From Neoechinorhynchus agilis (Eukaryota > Animalia > Acanthocephala): a stretch of 64,000 nt of DNA. The stretch is from the NCBI GenBank assembly GCA_051530055.1, contig CM121342.1:15887480-15951479 (forward strand). The letters are read 5' to 3'. Within the stretch, counting starts at the first letter, position 1, and each line of letters opens with the position of its first letter. A program made the translations under genes and the position numbers. Shown here piece by piece: positions 24,265-36,500 of the stretch. The notes below the pieces were generated by a model. It ran no database searches, was not told the DNA's origin, and saw only the letters and a list, made by a program, of their open reading frames with translations.

Positions 24265-24523
24265 ATACTTTCTTTTGGAAGTTTTTCCACCAAAATTTAC
24301 TTCCGATATTTCGTCGGATAATACCGACATTATCAAGGTGCTCAAGTTTGTACGCGCAATAATGAAGAAATCTGATTACGAAAACCTTTAAACTCAACTC
24401 ACATTCCATTACTGAAGTATCGCGCATTGTAGTAATGAGAATCGCTCGTATCATTTTTTGAATAGAATTAATTACAAGGCAATGAATAGATAAAAAAATC
24501 TCTAAAAGATCCATGGTCAACCG
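24265..24523 (-). mobile_element. PLE-like 3' end / pseudo-LTR abutting the satellite
   Basis: Contains an intact-looking hammerhead with the same helix I and tail start (GGAA) as the 61.6-kb motifs, and DLLEIFL resembling the PLE C-terminal LExxEI. It is cut off where the satellite begins. Confidence 0.45.
24303..24338 (-). ncRNA. Minimal hammerhead ribozyme, U3-A8 variant
   Basis: CC TTGATAA T GTCGG-TATTAT-CCGAC GAAA TAT C GG; all helices pair. Confidence 0.8.
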
Positions 24524-27500
24524 ACGTGCACATTTCCGGATCTCAGAAAGCAAATCGGAATTCTAGATAAGAACACGCGCACTTGTCTTTTTACTCATTT
24601 TGTCTTCTCTTTAATTCACTAAATCGAGTACCAATGAACGTGCACATTTCTCGTTCCAAGAAAGGAAATCGGAATTCGACATAAGAACACGCGCACTTGT
24701 CTTTGTACTCATTTTGTGTTCTCTTTAATTCACTAAATCGAGTACGAATGAACGTGCACATTTCTCGTTCTCAGAAAGGAAATCGGAATTCGACATAAGA
24801 ACACGCGCACTTGTCTTTGTACTCATTTTGTCTTCTCTTTAATTCACTAAATCGAGTACGAATGAACGTGCACATTTCTCGTTCTCAGAAAGGAAATCGG
24901 AATTCGACATAAGAACACGCGCACTTGTCTTTGTACTCATTTTGTGTTCTCTTTAATTCACTAAATCGAGTACCAATGAACGTGCACATTTCTCGTTCTC
25001 AGAAAGGAAATCGGAATTTACATAAGAACACGCGCACTTGTCTTTGTACTCATTTTGTGTTCTCTTTAATTCACTAAATCGAGTACGAATGAACGTGCAC
25101 ATTTCTCGTTCCAGAAAGGAAATCGGAATTCGACATAAGAACACGCGCACTTGTCTTTGTACTCATTTTGTCTTCTCTTTAATTCACTAAATCGAGTACC
25201 AATGAACGTGCACATTTCTCGTTCTCAGAAAGGAAATCGGAATTCGACATAAGAACACGCGCACTTGTCTTTGTACTCATTTTGTGTTCTCTTTAATTCA
25301 CTAAATCGAGTACCAATGAACGTGCACATTTCTCGTTCTCAGAAAGGAAATCGGAATTCGACATAAGAACACGCGCACTTGTCTTTGTACTCATTTTGTG
25401 TTCTCTTTAATTCACTAAATCGAGTACGAATGAACGTGCACATTTCTCGTTCTCAGAAAGGAAATCGGAATTCGACATAAGAACACGCGCACTTGTCTTT
25501 GTACTCATTTTGTGTTCTCTTTAATTCACTAAATCGAGTACGAATGAACGTGCACATTTCTCGTTCTCAGAAAGGAAATCGGAATTCGACATAAGAACAC
25601 GCGCACTTGTCTTTGTATTCATTTTGTCTTCTCTTTAATTCACTAAATCGAGTACCAATGAACGTGCACATTTCTCGTTCTCAGAAAGGAAATCGGAATT
25701 CTATATAAGAACACACGCGCTTGCTTTTTATTCATTTTGTCTTCTCTTTAATTCACTAAATCGAGTACCAATGAACGTGCACATTTCTCGTTCTCAGAAA
25801 GGAAATCGGAATTCGACATAAGAACACGCGCACTTGTCTTTGTACTCATTTTGTGTTCTCTTTAATTCACTAAATCGAGTACCAATGAACGTGCACATTT
25901 CTCGTTCTCAGAAAGGAAATCGGAATTCTATATAAGAACACGCGCGCTTGCTTTTTATTCATTTTGTCTTCTCTTTAATTCACTAAATCGAGTACCAATG
26001 AACGTGCACATTTCTCGTTCTCAGAAAGGAAATCGGAATTCGACATAAGAACACGCGCGCGTCTTTTTACTCATTTTGTCTTCTCTTTAATTCACTAAAT
26101 CGAGTACCAATGAACGTGCACATTTCTCGTTCTCAGAAAGGAAATCGGAATTCGACATAAGAACACGCGCACTTGTCTTTGTACTCATTTTGTGTTCTCT
26201 TTAATTAACTAAATCGAGTACCAATGAACGTGCACATTTCTCGTTCTCAGAAAGGAAATCGGAATTCGACATAAGAACACGCGCACTTGTCTTTGTACTC
26301 ATTTTGTCTTCTCTTTAATTCACTAAATCGAGTACCAATGAACGTGCACATTTCTCGTTCTCAGAAAGGAAATCGGAATTCTACATAAGAACACGCGCAC
26401 TTGCTTTTTACTCATTTTGTCTTCTCTTTAATTCACTAAATCGAGTACCAATGAACGTGCACATTTCTCGTTCTCAGAAAGGAAATCGGAATTCGACATA
26501 AGAACACGCGCACTTGCTTTGTACTCATTTTGTGTTCTCTTTAATTCACTAAATCAGTACCAATGAACGTGCACATTTCTCGTTCTCAGAAAGGAAATCG
26601 GAATTCTATATAAGAACACCGCGCGCTTGCTTTTTATTCATTTTGTCTTCTCTTTAATTCACTAAATCGAGTACCAATGAACGTGCACATTTCTCGTTCT
26701 CAGAAAGGAAATCGGAATTCGACATAAGAACACGCGCACTTGCTTTTTACTCATTTTGTCTTCTCTTTAATTCACTAAATCGAGTACCAATGAACGTGCA
26801 CATTTCTCGTTCTCAGAAAGGAAATCGGAATTCGACATAAGAACACGCGCACTTGTCTTTGTACTCATTTTGTGTTCTCTTTAATTCACTAAATCGAGTA
26901 CCAATGAACGTGCACATTTCTCGTTCTCAGAAAGGAAATCGGAATTCGACATAAGAACACACGCGCGCTTGCTTTTTATTCATTTTGTCTTCTCTTTAAT
27001 TCACTAAATCGAGTACCAATGAACGTGCACATTTCTCGTTCTCAGAAAGGAAATCGGAATTCGACATAAGAACACGCGCACTTGTCTTTGTACTCATTTT
27101 GTGTTCTCTTTAATTCACTAAATCGAGTACGAATGAACGTGCACATTTCTCGTTCTCAGAAAGGAAATCGGAATTCGACATAAGAACACGCGCACTTGTC
27201 TTTGTACTCATTTTGTGTTCTCTTTAATACTAAATCGAGTACAATGAACGTGCACATTCTCGTTCTCAGAAAGGAAATCGGAATTCTACATAAGAACACG
27301 CGCGCTTGCTTTTTATTCATTTTGTCTTCTCTTTAATTCACTAAATCGAGTACCAATGAACGTGCACATTTCTCGTTCTCAGAAAATCGGAATTCTACAT
27401 AAGAACACAGCGCGCTTGCTTTTTACTCATTTTGTCTTCTCTTTAATTCACTAAATCGAGTACCAATGAACGTGCACATTTCTCGTTCTCAGAAAGGAAA

Positions 27501-30500
27501 TCGGAATTCGACATAAGAACACGCGCACTTGTCTTTGTACTCATTTTGTGTTCTCTTTAATTCACTAAATCGAGTACCAATGAACGTGCACATTTCTCGT
27601 TCTCAGAAAGGAAATCGGAATTCGACATAAGAACACGCGCGCTTGCTTTTTATTCATTTTGTCTTCTCTTTAATTCACTAAATCGAGTACCAATGAACGT
27701 GCACATTTCTCGTTCTCAGAAAGGAAATCGGAATTCTAGATAAGAACACGCGCACTTGCTTTTTACTCATTTTGTCTTCTCTTTAATTCACTAAATCGAG
27801 TACCAATGAACGTGCACATTTCTCGTTCTCAGAAAGGAAATCGGAATTCGACATAAGAACACGCGCACTTGTCTTTGTACTCATTTTGTGTTCTCTTTAA
27901 TTCACTAAATCGAGTACGAATGAACGTGCACATTTCTCGTTCTCAGAAAGGAAATCGGAATTCGACATAAGAACACGCGCACTTGTCTTTGTACTCATTT
28001 TGTCTTCTCTTTAATTCACTAAATCGAGTACGAATGAACGTGCACATTTCTCGTTCTCAGAAAGGAAATCGGAATTCGACATAAGAACACGCGCACTTGT
28101 CTTTGTACTCATTTTGTGTTCTCTTTAATTCACTAAATCGAGTACCAATGAACGTGCACATTTCTCGTTCTCAGAAAGGAAATCGGAATTCGACATAAGA
28201 ACACGCGCGCTTGCTTTTTATTCATTTTGTCTTCTCTTTAATTCACTAAATCGAGTACCAATGAACGTGCACATTTCTCGTTCTCAGAAAGGAAATCGGA
28301 ATTCTAGATAAGAACACGCGCACTTGTCTTTGTACTCATTTTGTGTTCTCTTTAATTCACTAAATCGAGTACCAATGAACGTGCACATTTCTCGTTCTCA
28401 GAAAGGAAATCGGAATTCGACATAAGAACACGCGCACTTGCTTTGTACTCATTTTGTGTTCTCTTTAATTCACTAAATCGAGTACCAATGAACGTGCACA
28501 TTTCTCGTTCTCAGAAAGGAAATCGGAATTCGACATAAGAACACGCGCACTTGTCTTTGTACTCATTTTGTGTTCTCTTTAATTCACTAAATCGAGTACG
28601 AATGAACGTGCACATTTCTCGTTCTCAGAAAGGAAATCGGAATTCGAGATAAGAACACGCGCACTTGTCTTTGTACTCATTTTGTGTTCTCTTTAATTCA
28701 CTAAATCGAGTACCAATGAACGTGCACATTTCTCGTTCTCAGAAAGGAAATCGGAATTCGACATAAGAACACGCGCACTTGTCTTTGTACTCATTTTGTG
28801 TTCTCTTTAATTCACTAAATCAGTACCAATGAACGTGCACATTTCTCGTTCTCAGAAAATCGGAAAACACGCGCACTTGCTTTGTACTCATTTTGTGTTC
28901 TCTTTAATTCACTAAATCGAGTACCAATGAACGTGCACATTTCTCGTTCTCAGAAAGGAAATCGGAATTCGACATAAGAACACGCGCACTTGTCTTTGTA
29001 CTCATTTTGTGTTCTCTTTAATTCACTAAATCGAGTACCAATGAACGTGCACATTTCTCGTTCTCAGAAAGGAAATCGGAATTCGACATAAGAACACGCG
29101 CACTTGTCTTTGTACTCATTTTGTGTTCTCTTTAATTCACTAAATCGAGTACCAATGAACGTGCACATTTCTCGTTCTCAGAAAGGAAATCGGAATTCGA
29201 GATAAGAACACGCGCACTTGTCTTTGTACTCATTTTGTGTTCTCTTTAATTCACTAAATCGAGTACCAATGAACGTGCACATTTCTCGTTCTCAGAAAGG
29301 AAATCGGAATTCGAGATAAGAACACGCGCACTTGTCTTTGTACTCATTTTGTGTTCTCTTTAATTCACTAAATCGAGTACCAATGAACGTGCACATTTCT
29401 CGCTCAGAAAGGAAATCGGAATTCGACATAAGAACACGCGCACTTGTCTTTGTACTCATTTTGTGTTCTCTTTAATTCACTAAATCGAGTACCAATGAAC
29501 GTGCACATTTCTCGTTCTCAGGAAGGAAATCGGAATTCGAGATAAGAACACGCGCACTTGTCTTTGTACTCATTTTGTGTTCTCTTTAATTCACTAAATC
29601 GAGTACGAATGAACGTGCACATTTCTCGTTCTCAGAAAGGAAATCGGAATTCGAGATAAGAACACGCGCACTTGTCTTTGTACTCATTTTGTGTTCTCTT
29701 TAATTCACTAAATCGAGTACCAATGAACGTGCACATTTCTCGTTCTCAGAAAGGAAATCGGAATTCGAGATAAGAACACGCGCACTTGTCTTTGTACTCA
29801 TTTTGTGTTCTCTTTAATTCACTAAATCGAGTACCAATGAACGTGCACATTTCTCGTTCTCAGAAAGGAAATCGGAATTCGACATAAGAACACGCGCACT
29901 TGTCTTTGTACTCATTTTGTGTTCTCTTTAATTCACTAAATCGAGTACCAATGAACGTGCACATTTCTCGTTCTCAGAAAGGAAATCGGAATTCGAGATA
30001 AGAACACGCGCACTTGTCTTTGTACTCATTTTGTGTTCTCTTTAATTCACTAAATCGAGTACCAATGAACGTGCACATTTCTCGTTCTCAGAAAGGAAAT
30101 CGGAATTCGACATAAGAACACGCGCACTTGTCTTTGTACTCATTTTGTGTTCTCTTTAATTCACTAAATCGAGTACCAATGAACGTGCACATTTCTCGTT
30201 CTCAGAAAGGAAATCGGAATTCGAGATAAGAACACGCGCACTTGTCTTTGTACTCATTTTGTGTTCTCTTTAATTCACTAAATCGAGTACCAATGAACGT
30301 GCACATTTCTCGTTCTCAGAAAGGAAATCGGAATTCGAGATAAGAACACGCGCACTTGTCTTTGTACTCATTTTGTGTTCTCTTTAATTCACTAAATCGA
30401 GTACCAATGAACGTGCACATTTCTCGTTCTCAGAAAGGAAATCGGAATTCGAGATAAGAACACGCGCACTTGTCTTTGTACTCATTTTGTGTTCTCTTTA

Positions 30501-33500
30501 ATTCACTAAATCGAGTACCAATGAACGTGCACATTTCTCGTTCTCAGAAAGGAAATCGGAATTCGAGATAAGAACACACGCGCGCGTGCTTTTTACTCAT
30601 TTTGTGTTCTCTTTAATTCACTAAATCGAGTACGAATGAACGTGCACATTTCTCGTTCTCAGAAAGGAAATCGGAATTCGAGATAAGAACACGCGCACTT
30701 GTCTTTGTACTCATTTTGTGTTCTCTTTAATTCACTAAATCGAGTACCAATGAACGTGCACATTTCTCGTTCTCAGAAAGGAAATCGGAATTCGACATAA
30801 GAACACGCATGTCTTTGTACTCATTTTGTGTTCTCTTTAATTCACTAAATCGAGTACCAATGAACGTGCACATTTCTCGTTCTAAGAAAGGAAATCGGAA
30901 TTCGAGAAGAACACGCGCACTTGTCTTTGTACTCATTTTGTGTTCTCTTTAATTCACTAAATCAAGTACCAATGAATGTGCACATTTCTCGTTCCCAGAA
31001 AGGAAATCGGAATTCGACATAAGAACACGCGCACTTCTCTTTGTACTCATTTTGTGTTCTCTTTAATTTACTGAATCGAGTACGAATGAACGTGCACATT
31101 TCTCGTTCTAAGAAAGGAAATTGGAATTCGAGATAAGAACACGCGCACTTGTCTTTGTACTCATTTTGTGTTCTCTTTAATCCACTGAATCGAGTACGAA
31201 TGAACGTGCACATTTCTCGTTCTAAGAAAGGAAATTGGAATTCGGGATAAGAACACGCGCACTTGTCTTTGTACTCATTTTGTGTTCTTTTTAATTCACT
31301 GAATCGAGTACCAATGAACGTGCACACTTCTCGTTCTAAGAAAGGAAATTGGAATTCGAGATAAGAACACGCGTACTTGTCTTTGTACTCATTTTGTGTT
31401 CCCTTTAATTCACTGAATCGAGTACCAATGAACGTGCACATTTCTCGTCCTCAGGAAGGAAATCCGAATTCGACATAAGAACACGCGCACTTGTCTTTGT
31501 ACTCATTTTGTGTTCTCTTTAATTAACTGAATCGAGTACCAATGAACGTGCACACTTCTCGTTCTAAGAAAGGAAATCGGAATTCGAAATAAGAACACGC
31601 GCACTTGTCTTTGTACTCATTTTGTGTTCTCTTTAATTCACTAAATCGGGTACCAATGAACGTGCACATTTCTCGTCCTCAGGAAGGAAATCGGAATTCG
31701 ACATAAGAACACGCGCACTTGTCTTTGTACTCATTTTGTGTTCTCTTTAATTCACTAGATCGAGTACCAATGAACGTGCACATTTCTCGTCCTCAGGAAG
31801 GAAATCGGAATTCGACATAAGAACACGCGCACTTGTCTTTGTACTCATTTTGTGTTCTCTTTAATTCACTAAATCGAGTACGAATGAACGTGCACATTTC
31901 TCGTTCTAAGAAAGGAAATTGGAATTCGGGAAATAAGAACACGCACTTGTCTTTGTACTCATTTTGTGTTCTCTTTAATTCACTAAATCGAGTACCAATG
32001 AACGTGCACATTTCTCGTTCTAGAAAGAGGAAATCGGAATTCGACATAAGAACACGCGCACTTGTCTTTGTACTCACTTTGTGTTCCCTTTAATTTAACT
32101 GAATCGAGTACCAATGAACGTGCACATTTCTCGTTCTAAGAATGGAAATTGGAATTCGAAATAAGAACACGCGCACTTGTCTTTGTACTCATTTTGTGTT
32201 CTCTTTAATTCACTAAATCGAGTACCAATGAACGTGCACATTTCTCGTCCTCAGGAAGGAAATCGGAATTCGACATAAGAACACGCGCACTTGTCTTTGT
32301 ACTCATTTTGTGTTCCCTTTAATTCACTAAATCGAGTACGAATGAACGTGCACATTTCTCGTTCAAAGAAAGGAAATCGGAATTCGACAAAAGAACACGC
32401 GCGCTTGTCTTTGTACTCATTTTGTGTTCTCTTTAATTCACTAAATCGAGTACCAATGAACGTGCACATTTCTCGTCCTCAGGTAGGAAATCGGAATTCG
32501 ACATAAGAACACGCGCACTTGTCTTTGCACCCATTTTGTGTTCTCTTTAATTGACTGAATCGAGTACGAATGAACGTGCACATTTCTCGTTCTAAGAAAG
32601 GAAATTGGAATTCGAGATAAGAACACGCGCACTTGTCTTTGTACTCATTTTGTGTTCCCTTTAATTCACTGAATCGAGTACCAATGAACGTGCACATTTC
32701 TCGTTCTCAGAAAGGAAATCGGAATTCGACATAGGAACACGCGCACTTGTCTTTGTACTCATTTTGTCTTCTCTTTAATTCACTAAATCGAGTACCAATG
32801 AACGTGCACATTTCTCGTTCTCAGAAAGGAAATCGTAATTCTAGATAAGAACACGCGCACTTGTCTTTGTACTCATTTTGTGTTCCCTTTAATTCACTAA
32901 ATCGAGTACGAATGAACGTGCACATTTCTCGTTCTCAAAAATTAAATCGGAATTCGAGATAAGAACACGCGCACTTGTCTTTGTTCTCATTTTGTGTTCT
33001 CTTTAATTAACTAAATCGAGTACCAATGAACGTGGACATTTCTCGTTCTCAGAAAGGAAATCGGAATTCGACATAAGAACACGCGCACTTGTCTTTGTAC
33101 TCATTTTGTGTTCTCTTTAATTCGCTAAATCGAGTATGAATGAACGTGCACATTTCTCGTTCTCAGAAAGGAAATCGGAATTCTAGATAAGAACACGCGC
33201 ACTTGTCTTTGTACTTATTTTGTCGTCTCTTTAATTCACTTAATCGAGTACGAATGAACGTGCACATTTCTCGTTCTCAGAAAGGAAATCGGAATTCGAC
33301 ATAAGAACACGTGCACTTGTCTTTGTACTCATTTTGTGTTCTCTTTAATTCACTTAATCGAGTACCAATGAACGTGCACATTTCTCGTTCCAAGAAAGGA
33401 AATCGGAATTCGAGATAAGAACACACGCGCGCGTGGATTTTATTCATTTTGTGTTCTCTTTTATTGACTGAATCGAGTACGAATGAACGTGCACATTTCT

Positions 33501-36500
33501 CGTTCTAAGAAAGGAAATCGGAATTCGAAATAAGAACACGCGCACTTGTCTTTGTACTCATTTTGTGTTCTCTTTAATTCACTAAATCGAGTACCAATGA
33601 ACGTGCACATTTCTCGTCCTCAGGAAGGAAATCCGAATTCGACATAAGAACACGCGCACTTGTCTTTGTACTCATTTTGTGTTCTCTTTAATTAACTGAA
33701 TCGAGTACCAATGAACGTGCACACTTCTCGTTCTAGGAAAGGAAATCGGAATTCGAAATAAGAACACGCGCACTTGTCTTTGTACTCATTTTGTGTTCTC
33801 TTTAATTCACTAAATCAGTACCAATGAACGTGCACACTTCTCGTTCTAGAAAGGGAAATCGGAATTCGAAATAAGAACACGCGCACTTGTCTTTGTACTC
33901 ATTTTGTGTTCTCTTTAATTCACTAAATCGAGTACCAATGAACGTGCACATTTCTCGTCCTCGGGAAAGGGAAATCGGAATTCGACATAAGAACACGCGC
34001 ACTTGTCTTTGTACTCATTTTGTGTTCTCTTTAATTCACTAAATCGAGTACGAATGAACGTGCACATTTCTCGTTCTAAGAAAGGAAATTGGAATTCGAG
34101 ATAAGAACACGCGCACTTGCCTTTGTACTCATTTTGTGTTCTCTTTAATTAACTAAATCGAGTACCAATGAACGTGCACATTTCTCGTTCTAAGAAAGGA
34201 AATCGGAATTCGACATAAGAACACGCGCACTTGTCTTTGTACTCATTTTGTGTTCTCTTTAATTCACTAGATCGAGTACCAATGAACGTGCACATTTCTC
34301 GTCCTCAGGAAGGAAATCGGAATTCGACATAAGAACACGCGCACTTGTCTTTGTACTCATTTTGTGTTCTCTTTAATTAACTAAATCGAGTACCAATGAA
34401 CGTGGACATTTCTCGTTCTCAGAAAGGAAATCGGAATTCGACATAAGAACACGCGCACTTGTCTTTGTACTCATTTTGTGTTCTCTTTAATTCGCTAAAT
34501 CGAGTATGAATGAACGTGCACATTTCCTGTATCCTCAGGAAGGAAATCGGAATTCGACATAAGAACACGCGCACTTGTCTTTGTACTCATTTTGTGTTCC
34601 CTTTAATTCACTAAATCGAGTACGAATGAACGTGCACATTTCTCGTTCTAGGAAAGGAAATCGGAATTCGACATAAGAACACGCGCACTTGTCTTTGTAC
34701 TCATTTTGTGTTCTCTTTAATTCACTGAATCGAGTACCAATGAACGTGCACATTTCTCGTCCTCAGGAAGGTAATCGGAATTCGAAATAAGAACACGCGC
34801 ACTTGGCTTTGTACCCATTTTGTGTTCTCTTTAATTGACTGAATCGAGTACGAATGAACGTGCACATTTCTTGTTCTAAGAAAGGAAATTGGAATTCGAG
34901 ATAAGAACACGCGCACTTGTCTTTGTACTCATTTTGTGTTCCCTTTAATTCACTGAATCGAGTACCAATGAACGTGCACATTTCTCGTCCTCAGGAAGGA
35001 AATCGGAATTCGACATAAGAACACGCGCACTTGTCTTTGTACTCATTTTTGTGTTCTCTTTAATTCTACTGAATCAATTACCAATGAACGTGCACATTTC
35101 TCGTTCTAAGAAAGAGAAATCGGAATTCGACATAAGAACACGCGCACTTGTCTTTGTACTCATTTTGTGTTCCCTTTAATTAACTGAATCGAGTACCAAT
35201 GAACGTGCACATTTCTCGTTCTAAGAATGGAAATCGGAATTCGAAATAAGAACACGCGCACTTGTCTTTGTACTCATTTTGTGTTCCCTTTAATTCACTA
35301 AATCGAGTACCAATGAACGTGCACATTTCTCGTTCTCAGAAAGGAAATCGGAATTCGACATAAGAACTCGCGCACTTGTCTTTGTACTCATTTTGTCGTC
35401 TCTTTAATTCACTAAATCGAGTACGAATGAACGTGCACATTTCTCGTTCTCAGAAATTAAATCGGAATTCGAGATAAGAACACAGGCGCGCGTGCTTTTT
35501 ATTCATTTTGTCTTCTCTTTAATTAACTAAATCGAGTACCAATGAACGTGCACATTTCTGGTTCTCAGAAAGGAAATCGGAATTCTAGATAAGAACACGC
35601 GCACTTGTCTTTGTACTCATTTTGTGTTCTCTTTAATTAACGAAATCGAGTACCAATGAACGTGCACATTTCTCGTTCTCAGAAAGGAAATCGTAATTCG
35701 ACATAAGAATACGCGTACTTGTCTTTCTACTCATTTTGTGTTCCCATTAATTCACTAAATCGAGTGCCAATGAACGTGCACATTTCTCGTTCTAAGAAAG
35801 GAAATCGGAATTCAGAGATAAGAACACGCGCGCTGACTTTGTACTCATTTTGTGTTCTCTTTAATCCACTGAATCGAGTACCAATGAACGTGCGCATTTC
35901 TCGTTCCCAGAAAGGAGATCGGAATTCTAGATAAGAACACGCGCACTTGTCTTTGTACTCATTTTGTGTTCCCTTTAATTCACTAAATCGTGTACGAATG
36001 AACGTGCACATTTCTCGTTCTCAGAAAGGAAATCCGAATTCGACATAAGAACACGCGAACTTGTCCTTGTACTCATTTTGTGTTCTTTTTGAAATTCCGC
36101 ACTGAATCGAGTACCAATGAACGTGCACACTTCTCGTTCCTAGAAAAGGAAATTGGAATTCGAGATAAGAACACGCGTACTTGTCTTTGTACTCATTTTG
36201 TGTTCTCTTTAATTAACTAAATCGAGTACCAATGAACGTGCACATTCTCGTCCTCAGGTAGGAAATCGGAATTCGACATAAGAACACGCGCACTTGTCTT
36301 TGTACCCATTTTGTGTTCTCTTTAATTCACTAAATCGAGTACGAATGAACGTGCACATTCTCGTTCTCAAAAATTAAATCGGAATTCGAGATAAGAACAC
36401 GCGCTTGTCTTTGTTCTCATTTTGTGTTCTCTTTAATTAACTAAATCGAGTACCAATGAACGTGCACATTTCTCGTTCTCAGAAAGGAAATCGGAATTCG

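Noticed and set aside
24640-24680. Hammerhead within the satellite monomer (minus strand CTGAGAA/CTGAGGA-CGA-GAAA)
   Set aside because: Only 3 nt lie between the core halves, so helix II cannot form, and the following triplet does not fit NUH with a helix I.
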